64,000 nt of DNA from an uncultured Candidatus Saccharibacteria bacterium (GCA_964483035.1 CAYZZS010000004.1:10081-74080); one strand, 5' to 3'; numbered from the stretch's first letter, positions 17,690 to 24,433 are shown. A program made the numbers and translations. The notes: generated by a model from the sequence alone, not told the origin.

Positions 17690-18402
17690 TTTTCAAACTC
17701 CGAGGGTTCGGGGAAGTGAGTGCGTAGGTCTTCTACCCACCGTCTAGTTGATAGTATCTCGCCCTCTAAGAGCTTGCCTGTGGTCGTCTTGCGGTCTTTG
17801 TACTGTTTACCGCCAATTTTGTAGATGTTTCCGTAGAGGCTCCTGCTGGCTAGTGTCACTCCTGCGGACTCTTGGACCCTCATTATCTCCAGGCGTTTCT
17901 GCTTGTTGTAGATGATTGGCGCATGGACTTCGTAGTTTTTGGGGTCTTTTATTCCTTGTTCAATAAGGAAGTCTCTGGTCTTGGATTTCGTCCTGAGCCA
18001 TGTGTTATGACCCTTGAATTCTTTTAACTTGCCGTCATAGAGTGGTTCTATCTCGATAGGTTTGGTAATGAAGAAGTCGTCATTGAAGAATATGAAGTCA
18101 TCTGCGACTCGTTCGTCATCCAGTATTGCCTTGACCTTGTTCCTGGTGTCTATGGGCTTGATGTGTGAACGCTTGAAGCCGTCAATCATTGTGATCCTGT
18201 CACTAAACCAATCCTCTTTGTCGCCGCACACAAACACTTCACCGTTCCAGTTGGTGATGTTCTTGAGGGAGCGCATGGAGTAACGTAGCTCTTTGCCTTT
18301 GTCGCTAGTGCGCTTGTAGATATAACAGACTGGATATTTCATAATGTTTAGTTGACCCGATTCCGTGCTGACTGCATATATTTGATTGTGTTGGTAGTCC
18401 AC
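17686..18402 (-). CDS. Stealth-family-like sugar-1-phosphate transferase
   Basis: KELRYSMRSLKNITNWNGEVFVCGD and FFNDDFF resemble the Stealth CR2/CR3 blocks as I recall them. The track start is GTG; an ATG at 18342 is an alternative. Confidence 0.5.
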   Translation of the reverse strand: MDYQHNQIYAVSTESGQLNIMKYPVCYIYKRTSDKGKELRYSMRSLKNITNWNGEVFVCGDKEDWFSDRITMIDGFKRSHIKPIDTRNKVKAILDDERVADDFIFFNDDFFITKPIEIEPLYDGKLKEFKGHNTWLRTKSKTRDFLIEQGIKDPKNYEVHAPIIYNKQKRLEIMRVQESAGVTLASRSLYGNIYKIGGKQYKDRKTTTGKLLEGEILSTRRWVEDLRTHFPEPSEFEK

Positions 18403-18690
18403 CGGCTATGCTTGCGAGGTACGAGATGCTTTTAGTAGCCTAATAAAACGCGCTTGCCCCAGCACGGAAGCAGGCCAGCTATTCGCCCTCCCTTTAAGCA
18501 CTAACTAGGAGGCGCAGCGAGTACTCTGCGCCATATAACTGTCTTTGGAGGGTAACCCAAAGTTAGGGATTGCTCCCTAGTTAACGCTCAATTTGTTAGT
18601 TTTCCAGTGATCTGCCCTAAAAATAGCAGATGTAATCAGTTAAACCTAGTGCTAATGGTTACTTTATTGTAAAATATTTGACAAATTATA
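18403..18690 (-). promoter_or_regulatory. Candidate late promoter, ~236-nt structured leader and terminator-like hairpin ahead of the late operon
   Basis: The minus-strand TATAAT is at 18685-18690. Verified local hairpins lie at 18511-18532, 18543-18562 and 18564-18579. The hairpin 18449-18466 is followed on the minus strand by TTTTATT. Confidence 0.45.
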
Positions 18691-18706
18691 CTACTTATGC
18701 TACTAT
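18678..18706 (+). promoter_or_regulatory. Near-consensus sigma70-type promoter (TTGACA-17 nt-TACTAT)
   Basis: TTGACA is at 18678-18683 and TACTAT at 18701-18706. The promoter sits back-to-back with, and overlaps, the minus-strand TATAAT. Confidence 0.6.
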
Positions 18707-18711
18707 GCATA

Positions 18712-18907
18712 CAGTAAGGTTAAGGTATAAAGGATAGATACTACCTTACAAAACAGCCCGGAAAGTATGGGGAACATCAGTCTCCGCAAGACTGTCATTC
18801 GGCGGAATGTTAAACGGTTCCTTTCATCATCCACCAAGGGCTGTTTTTCTTTTATAAAGAAAGAGGCCCAGGGGATAGACCGGCAGAGCCGGAACCTGGG
18901 CTTTTTT
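18712..18907 (+). ncRNA. Candidate phage small RNA 1 (about 139 nt to the first U run, about 196 nt to the second terminator)
   Basis: Starts at CAGTAAGG, 5 nt after the -10 box. Helices: GTAAGGT/ACCTTAC, CAGCCC(18754)/GGGCTG(18838), CAGTC/GACTG. T runs lie at 18844-18848 and 18902-18907. Confidence 0.5.
18856..18907. terminator. Bidirectional intrinsic terminator
   Basis: The GCCCAGG...CCTGGGC stem is flanked by an A run upstream and TTTTTT downstream. Confidence 0.6.
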
Positions 18908-19007
18908 ATTATACGACATGAAATGCGAAATATCTTCTATCTGTTCCCGTAATTCCTTAGTCATAGCTGCTCAAAACCTCCCACTGTAATAACCCATTTG
19001 TCTAACT

Positions 19008-19038
19008 ATCAAAAATAGAAAAGAGCCCGAAGGCTCTC
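19008..19038 (-). terminator. Intrinsic terminator closing the upstream (early/middle) minus-strand operon
   Basis: The minus strand reads AGAGCCTTCGGGCTCTTTTCTATTTTT. Confidence 0.6.
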
Positions 19039-19259
19039 TTACGCTCGTCTGGAATAACACTATTCTAGCACGAGGCAAGCTTAAGGTACACAGAAATCCT
19101 GATAATAGAAATGGGAGCTGTATGCTCAGCTCCCAGCGTTCTTGGAAAGTGCCATTATTATAGCATTTTCTAGTTCGTCACGCACCACATTCCCGTAGGT
19201 GCTAATTAAAGGTACCCTATCACTGGGCGCCAGGGTTTTGTTTGCTCTGAATTATACTC

Positions 19260-19694
19260 TCATTCACTTCGAGATACAGATTTAATCGTATTTATAACAC
19301 TCGAAACATTCGTTTTTATATTTGGCGTTTTTACGGAGATACTTTGACCAGGTAAGTTGATTTTTACTCTATCACTCATCTCTGCCCCCCCATCTAGTTC
19401 TTTGCGAAGGGTGGCTAGGCGTAATTCATCAGCTCTCTCCATCTGGTCAACCGCTTCTTCAAAGCCAGCCTTAAAGTCAAAGGATTCGTTCATCCCAAGC
19501 ACAAGGCTTTTAGGTCGCTCCAGCTCATCAATCCTTGCCAGCTTCTCAAGGTTTGAGATGAGGGCTTTAATAGCGTCTACTTGGTAGTTAAGCGCCTTTT
19601 CTTCGTCCATACCGCCAGCGCTAGTGTCCATGTTGTATGTGTAGAAACAGTGCTTGATTGAGTCTTCTAGCTCGTCTGTAGTGTTTTTGCTCAT
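19260..19694 (-). CDS. Acidic hypothetical protein
   Basis: 144-aa ORF, the last gene before the terminator. It contains a G7 run (plus-strand C7 at 19385-19391). Confidence 0.5.
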   Translation of the reverse strand: MSKNTTDELEDSIKHCFYTYNMDTSAGGMDEEKALNYQVDAIKALISNLEKLARIDELERPKSLVLGMNESFDFKAGFEEAVDQMERADELRLATLRKELDGGAEMSDRVKINLPGQSISVKTPNIKTNVSSVINTIKSVSRSE

Positions 19695-19948
19695 ACCTTC
19701 GGCTCCTTTAGCTTGTCACGCTCTGCTTGAATAGCCCTTAGTGGGACGACACCATGCTCGTATTTCTGACTTCCTATGAGTGCAATTGGAGTGCCTTTTT
19801 GAGCTTCCAGCCTATCCAGTACCGCTTCTATTTGCTTATTGTGCCAGTCAATGATTGCTTGCTTGGCTTTGCCCATATCGGACTGACGTATATCGCCATC
19901 ATAGAAATCTTCTAGTATCTCATCTAGCTCTTGTGTGTTATCTGTCAT
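19691..19948 (-). CDS. Small hypothetical protein
   Basis: 85-aa ORF with 4-nt overlaps on both sides. Confidence 0.5.
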   Translation of the reverse strand: MTDNTQELDEILEDFYDGDIRQSDMGKAKQAIIDWHNKQIEAVLDRLEAQKGTPIALIGSQKYEHGVVPLRAIQAERDKLKEPKV

Positions 19949-20289
19949 AGCTCTGCCTCTATTTTGGCTATCACTTCTCTAATATCATGCAGCGCCAGCC
20001 TGTAACCGTGCTGCTTCTCTGGCATATGATAGCCGTACCTGGTGGTTAGCTGTTCAGCGGTTGGCATTGACTTGTCTAGCTCTGCTAATAGCTTTAGCTT
20101 TTCGGTGCGGATGAGGTCTAGTAGCTCTTCCTTGGCTGTAGCAAATATCTCGATGTGGCGCTCATCTTGCCACATGGTGTCACTTGCTCCATCAGTAAAC
20201 GCCTGCGATAGTATTTCATCGAGCGTCCGTAGTTCATCTTCACTAGCTTGATTGGTGTCTGTGCTAGTCATCATATCGCCTGTTCTCAA
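19945..20289 (-). CDS. Small acidic hypothetical protein (TDTNQASED N-terminus)
   Basis: 114 aa in the track. The likely start is the MMTSTDTNQ at about 20274. Confidence 0.5.
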   Translation of the reverse strand: MRTGDMMTSTDTNQASEDELRTLDEILSQAFTDGASDTMWQDERHIEIFATAKEELLDLIRTEKLKLLAELDKSMPTAEQLTTRYGYHMPEKQHGYRLALHDIREVIAKIEAEL

Positions 20290-20515
20290 TTTCCTGCTCT
20301 AGCTGTTCTGTTGTATATAGCTTTAGGCTATCAACAGAGCGTGAGTATCCACTGTTTTCAATGCGGTCATCTATTATGCTGGCATAACGACTAATGATTG
20401 TGCCTGTGCCACGCTCACTCCTGTTACCCTCTATCTCGTTTTGCATATTCCATAAAAGCTTAAAGATAGGTCGCTTATCTTCACTAGCTTGATTGGTGTC
20501 TGTGGGGCTGCTCAT
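20264..20515 (-). CDS. Small hypothetical protein (TDTNQASED N-terminus)
   Basis: 83 aa. It shares a perfect 28-nt block with the next gene. Confidence 0.5.
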   Translation of the reverse strand: MSSPTDTNQASEDKRPIFKLLWNMQNEIEGNRSERGTGTIISRYASIIDDRIENSGYSRSVDSLKLYTTEQLEQEIENRRYDD

Positions 20516-20527
20516 AATGATTTGTCC

Positions 20528-20942
20528 TTATTTAGCTCTAAAAATTACTACTGCACTTGGAAAAGGTGCTGAATTGCTAGATCCACCAAACTTGAGGCGA
20601 CCTTTGATAAAACGAACCTCAGCACCCCCCCCCGATAACGTAATCGTGCCACCAGCGAGTGTCAGTTCTTGCAGGTAACAAACAGACGACTAACGTGTTG
20701 CTCTCATACGCCTTTTTAACCCACTTACCAATCTCTCTACCGTAAGGAGGATTCATAAATACTCGTTCACCAGACCAGTCCTGTTCTAAGCCGTCATCAT
20801 CTTTAGTGAAGTAAATCGGACATTTGGCGTTTTCTGGCGTAGCACACGGATCTAGCGTGAAATCAAACTCCTCGTCGAGCTTGTCGAAGAAGTCTTGCGG
20901 CGTAGACCAAAGATCGGTCTTACTACTGAAATGTACCTGCAT
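20528..20942 (-). pseudogene. dam: Phage Dam-family DNA N6-adenine methyltransferase, frame-broken at a G9 tract (candidate phase-variable gene)
   Basis: The N-terminal ORF carries FMNPPYGR and ends ...WWHDYVIGGGC*. Removing one G continues the frame as GGGAEVRFIKGRLKFGGSSNSAPFPSAVVIFRAK*, ending at the TAA 20530-20528. Confidence 0.75.
20625..20633 (-). repeat. Homopolymer G9 (plus-strand C9) inside the methyltransferase gene
   Basis: Counted directly from the sequence: agca-ccccccccc-gataacg. Confidence 0.95.
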
Positions 20943-21176
20943 AATCTCTATCCCTCCTTAATGTAATGTTGTTTAGAAGCGCAGTCTGCCCCACACGGTA
21001 AAGACATCGTCATGCCTCAAGCTCGCTAAGTACCGCTATGGGGTAGGCTACGCTCCATTAAGGTTCTAGGCGAGGGGTTAGCTTGCATCGCACCAGGTCC
21101 TGTTGTTTCAAGGCACACAAGCCAACCATATCCCCGCCTGCTTCTGGACTTACACCCCGCTAGGGGATGCCGGGGA
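20943..21176 (-). ncRNA. Structured GC-rich leader / ncRNA candidate upstream of the methyltransferase
   Basis: Long-range helices verified by hand: 21118-21127 with 21076-21085 (10 bp), and 21040-21053 with 20979-20992 (12 of 14 positions). There is also a nested CCCCG/CGGGG pair. The region ends at the SD sequence AAGGAGGG. Confidence 0.45.
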
Positions 21177-21392
21177 TTAAATCTCTCTATCAAATTCATA
21201 TAAGTGGATGTCGTCATCCAGCCGTCTAACGTAGCGAAATTCTAGCCCATAATTCTTAACTTCGGTTACATCAATAGGTTCCGGCATCAGGCTAACGCTC
21301 TCTGACGGCTTCATGATTCTGACGCTTGGCAGAAGATTTGGGAGTTCAATCATAGAGGTAAACTGTCCATATTTAAGAATCGCTTTCATCAT
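21177..21392 (-). CDS. Small hypothetical protein
   Basis: 71-aa ORF. Confidence 0.5.
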   Translation of the reverse strand: MMKAILKYGQFTSMIELPNLLPSVRIMKPSESVSLMPEPIDVTEVKNYGLEFRYVRRLDDDIHLYEFDREI

Positions 21393-21547
21393 TGGTTCTC
21401 GTATGCGTCTGTAACTACCTTGTCAAACTGCTCCCAGCTCGAAAATCTCACAGGAGGCCCGGTTACTGCCTTTAACACTTCAATCCATGACTCAAGACTT
21501 TCTACTCTTTTCTGGAGGCCATTCAATTGTTCCTGTGTATCTGTCAT
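21389..21547 (-). CDS. Small coiled-coil hypothetical protein (52 aa, below the track cut-off)
   Basis: My own translation gives MTDTQEQLNGLQKRVESLESWIEVLKAVTGPPVRFSSWEQFDKVVTDAYENQ. The SD is AAGGAGAA, and the stop overlaps the next start as ATGA. Confidence 0.5.
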   Translation of the reverse strand: MTDTQEQLNGLQKRVESLESWIEVLKAVTGPPVRFSSWEQFDKVVTDAYENQ

Positions 21548-21582
21548 ATCTATTCTCCTTTAACGTTATGTAGTTTGTGGGG

Positions 21583-22275
21583 TTAAGTTTCTTTATCCAG
21601 CACAAATTCTTCGGCTTCAAAACCGAAAGTCCACGCCCTTGCCTGCCTAGCCGTTTTCATTTTTGGCGGCACTCTCAAAAAATACTCACGGGTAGTTGAG
21701 GGGTCTTTGACGTGAAGCAGCGTCAAATCTTCATCATCTTGGAGCTTGATGACCATGAGCGTACCGTCTACCTCCGACTCATCTTTAACCTCGGCGTGTT
21801 CCGTCAGCTTCTCGTAACCGACAAGTTCGATAACTGCCCGGCGTATTTCAGCATTAGGTAGCCCGATTATCTCTTGCGGCGATACTTCCTTACTATTTAG
21901 CACCTTATACAGCGTGTCGGTTGTCTTTATCAGGTCTTCTACGGCTTCACCCTTTTCACCGTCATAGCCCTCCTCAAATTCTATTGAGCCTTTTAGCTCA
22001 TAGGTTACATCTGCTGTGGGCTCTTCGGGGCCATAACATGAACAACCAGCCTGTGAGCAAGTGATTAGTTCTTTATCTTTGTTCACGCCTATGTCAAACT
22101 GCACCCAATCGTAACCGCCACCTCCGCCCGTGCCAATCCAGAATTCATCACCCACCGCGCCGGTATTCAGATTCTTGAACTTGCCAGCGATATTCTTTAG
22201 CTTCCTAATGGTTGGTTCTGGTATTACCACCGTCTTAGTCCCTGACATATACAATCTTCTCTGGTGTGTACTCAC
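21583..22275 (-). CDS. Hypothetical phage protein
   Basis: 230 aa. It has a Gly run (GTGGGGGYDW) and a Cys cluster (CSQAGCSCYG). Confidence 0.55.
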   Translation of the reverse strand: MSTHQRRLYMSGTKTVVIPEPTIRKLKNIAGKFKNLNTGAVGDEFWIGTGGGGGYDWVQFDIGVNKDKELITCSQAGCSCYGPEEPTADVTYELKGSIEFEEGYDGEKGEAVEDLIKTTDTLYKVLNSKEVSPQEIIGLPNAEIRRAVIELVGYEKLTEHAEVKDESEVDGTLMVIKLQDDEDLTLLHVKDPSTTREYFLRVPPKMKTARQARAWTFGFEAEEFVLDKET

Positions 22276-22546
22276 GCTGTCTTACAATGGCGTAGAAGCC
22301 TTGTGGCAGGTCGATAACACCGTGTTCTTCATGATTTAAGTTAGCCTTACCGTGTACTTCAAAATAGCCCAAACCCTGCTCGCTTTTATCGTTTGACCGA
22401 AACAACGTGAAGTCACCCTGTAAGCGGTGGTTGTGGCCGGTGGCCTCGCCCCTCAGCAGGATTGCATCGCCCTCGACGAACTGCTTAATCAGTCGTAAGT
22501 CCGGTCGCTCTATTCTGTGAACTAGTAAATCGCCGTGTCTGTACAT
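22235..22546 (-). CDS. Hypothetical phage protein
   Basis: 103 aa, starting MYRHGDLLVHRIERPD. Confidence 0.55.
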   Translation of the reverse strand: MYRHGDLLVHRIERPDLRLIKQFVEGDAILLRGEATGHNHRLQGDFTLFRSNDKSEQGLGYFEVHGKANLNHEEHGVIDLPQGFYAIVRQREYTPEKIVYVRD

Positions 22547-22674
22547 TTCTCCTCCTTATTACTGTTCCTGTATTCTTCCCATGTCAGCGGCTGTAATCTT
22601 TCGCCGGTGAAGATGTAGTGCTTCATGGCGTAGTTGGCGTAGATGATTTTGAAGATGAGGTTGATGAGTCTCAT
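22522..22674 (-). CDS. Small hypothetical protein (50 aa)
   Basis: My own translation starts MRLINLIFKIIYANYAMKHYIFTGERLQPLTWEEYRNSNKEEK. The SD is AAGGAGAAGG. Confidence 0.4.
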   Translation of the reverse strand: MRLINLIFKIIYANYAMKHYIFTGERLQPLTWEEYRNSNKEEKCTDTAIY

Positions 22675-22751
22675 GCCTTCTCCTTACAAATCACGCAGGT
22701 ATCACTGATATACAATCTCCTGCAGGACGGGCAGAACTTGAGCTTGTTCAT
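22671..22751 (-). CDS. 26-aa zinc-ribbon-like micro-protein
   Basis: MNKLKFCPSCRRLYISDTCVICKEKA has two CxxC pairs. It overlaps both neighbouring ORFs as ATGA. Confidence 0.35.
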   Translation of the reverse strand: MNKLKFCPSCRRLYISDTCVICKEKA

Positions 22752-22891
22752 AGCCAGTAGAACACCTTAAACTCGACCAAAACGTACAAGACGCTTGCAT
22801 AGATTAAGATAGTACCGACCCACTGGAGATAGTCCTTGAGGACGGTACTTTTTGGGTTTATGACCCCTCTTTGGTAGTGGTAGGTCTTCAT
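22748..22891 (-). CDS. 47-aa membrane micro-protein
   Basis: MKTYHYQRGVINPKSTVLKDYLQWVGTILIYASVLYVLVEFKVFYWL. Its stop overlaps the next start as ATGA. Confidence 0.35.
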   Translation of the reverse strand: MKTYHYQRGVINPKSTVLKDYLQWVGTILIYASVLYVLVEFKVFYWL

Positions 22892-23042
22892 ACTCCATTG
22901 CCCTTTTAATCGTTTTCTTGCTGTAGAACATGCTTTTTTGGCCTTCCTCCGCCGCGTGAGGCGCGGCCGCCCATTGCAGCGACCCGCCGTCTGGTTTCTG
23001 GTGAGGCCGATCCTAAACCTCGCTTCTTCTTTGGTTTCTCCA

Positions 23043-23243
23043 TTACTCCCCTCGTTTTTTTCTGCGGCTGATTCTGCCGCCCTTAGCGCCTGCTATTCGT
23101 GCAAGCTCCCTGTTCTGGTAAAAGCCTCCAGTGCGGCCTTTCTTACCGCCCATAGCCCCGATGCGCTTGTAAAAGTCATCTCCGAACTTAGCTTTATTGG
23201 TTGCTGCTGCTAATTTGCCGCCTTCTGTTGTTCCGGCCATCAT
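23043..23243 (-). CDS. KGG-repeat general-stress-like small basic protein
   Basis: GGKKGRTGGF...AGAKGGRISRRKK resembles KGG-repeat stress proteins. Confidence 0.45.
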   Translation of the reverse strand: MMAGTTEGGKLAAATNKAKFGDDFYKRIGAMGGKKGRTGGFYQNRELARIAGAKGGRISRRKKRGE

Positions 23244-23580
23244 ATCTCCCTAAGTGATTTGTTTTGTTGAAATGACAGGGGTAGCCGCAAAGATACTGGA
23301 TATTAGTTAAATCCATTTTCCGGTTGGCATGACTGCCCCGGTTCTGTATATGGTCAACGTCCAAAGTATTGTCCTCGCTTTCTCCCCTGCCACAATCGGC
23401 GCATTTGCGTCCGAATGTCTCATCTAAAAACGGTTTCGCTACTTCATCTCGCCACTTTTCGTACTCAAGCTGCCGTTTTCCTTTCCGCCTGATACGGTTG
23501 CTGCGCTTGATTGGCGTCCGTGGCTTTTTGAAACAGTAAAATGAAGTGTGCTCCGCACTGTCACAATGCTTGCAAACCAC
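23194..23580 (-). CDS. HNH endonuclease
   Basis: Contains CADCGRGE...DVDHIQNRGSH...NIQYLCGYPCH. Confidence 0.8.
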   Translation of the reverse strand: MVCKHCDSAEHTSFYCFKKPRTPIKRSNRIRRKGKRQLEYEKWRDEVAKPFLDETFGRKCADCGRGESEDNTLDVDHIQNRGSHANRKMDLTNIQYLCGYPCHFNKTNHLGRYDGRNNRRRQISSSNQ

Positions 23581-23782
23581 ACCTTACTCTCGCTTCCTGA
23601 CAGGACGGATGGTAGATGCCTGCGTCGTGGAGGTATCTGCCGCACCATTTGCATTTTCCGTACTGCCGGTATTTGTTGAGGTCGAAGTTAAGAAGCATGA
23701 GCAAGCGCTGCTCGATCTTCGTTTGAGCTGCTTCTTCGGCTTGTGACATGTCAGGCATAATCTTTCGACGGTCACGCCACAT
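23561..23782 (-). CDS. Small Cys-rich hypothetical protein
   Basis: 73 aa containing KCKWCGRYLHDAGIYHPSCQ. Confidence 0.4.
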   Translation of the reverse strand: MWRDRRKIMPDMSQAEEAAQTKIEQRLLMLLNFDLNKYRQYGKCKWCGRYLHDAGIYHPSCQEARVRCGLQAL

Positions 23783-24059
23783 CCCGCAGCCTTTCCGTTC
23801 CTTTAGCGGTCAAGCGGTAGTAATTGACTCTGACCTTGCTAGGTCCAACTTGCTGATAGGCAACCTTGACGAGTCCTTTTCTCCGAAGTTCGGCGATCCT
23901 TGGCGTTACGCAGCCTTCAATGACGTGCAAGTCCTGGGAAATCTGCCGGTAATGGCAGGGCTGTAGTTTGCCGATAGACCGCAGGACGACCGTTTGGCTG
24001 ACACTGATTTTCTTTGGTTTTTTGTTAGTCCTTTTCTTAAAAAACCGTAAACCCCACAT
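23772..24059 (-). CDS. Winged-helix (MarR-like) DNA-binding protein
   Basis: Contains YRQISQDLHVIEGCVTPRIAELRRKGLV...YYRLTAKG. Confidence 0.55.
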   Translation of the reverse strand: MWGLRFFKKRTNKKPKKISVSQTVVLRSIGKLQPCHYRQISQDLHVIEGCVTPRIAELRRKGLVKVAYQQVGPSKVRVNYYRLTAKGTERLRDVA

Positions 24060-24067
24060 AATCCCCT

Positions 24068-24418
24068 CTAATCGTTTAGGTTCTGTTTAACGTAACCGAT
24101 AAACTGTTCCATCCGCTGAGCGTAGTACTGCTCAAACGTCAGGTCATTGCGTCCGGACTGCTGATATTCGATATACAGCACGCTCCGGAGCCGTTGTGAT
24201 GGTGTCTTTCCCCCGGTGTCTCTCCTTATTTCTTTTAATTCCAGATCGTCGCCGTGTTCCTGTTCGGAGAACAGCAGCCAGCCGAATTTCTGAAAGTAGT
24301 TCATAACGATGAGCTTCTCCTCATCTGTTGCTTCGTTCGTATGGAAGCGAAGCGAAAGCCCGCCGTCTTTAAGGGCGGTAATACCCTCTAGGACGGCGGG
24401 GATTTGAAATTGTTTCAC
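24068..24418 (-). CDS. Hypothetical phage protein
   Basis: 116-aa ORF. Confidence 0.5.
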   Translation of the reverse strand: MKQFQIPAVLEGITALKDGGLSLRFHTNEATDEEKLIVMNYFQKFGWLLFSEQEHGDDLELKEIRRDTGGKTPSQRLRSVLYIEYQQSGRNDLTFEQYYAQRMEQFIGYVKQNLND

Positions 24419-24433
24419 CTTAACCCCGCATGC

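Noticed and set aside
18665-18679. The 15-nt identity TATTGTAAAATATTT upstream of both the sRNA-1 promoter (18665-18679) and the promoter at 27823-27837, as a shared operator or UP element.
   Set aside because: For a 64-kb window read on both strands, several exact 15-mer coincidences are expected by chance, and more so for AT-rich strings. I note it but do not treat it as evidence that 27857..28450 is phage-encoded.
18767-18952. The 61-aa plus-strand ORF in the gene-free hub.
   Set aside because: It starts inside the sRNA-1 structure, has no SD, and reads through two intrinsic terminators.
20943-21176. A hammerhead or other small self-cleaving ribozyme, or a SAM riboswitch, in the Dam leader.
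   Set aside because: There is no CUGANGA...GAAA core. I also could not find the SAM-I/IV conserved strings. The element stays unclassified.
21026-21217. The 63-aa ORF within the Dam leader, and the 112-aa ORF 26335..26673 overlapping the lysin-like gene.
   Set aside because: 21026..21217 lies in a helix-dense GC-rich region, overlaps the end of 21177..21392 and has no SD. 26335..26673 overlaps the motif-bearing 26460..27008 in another frame.
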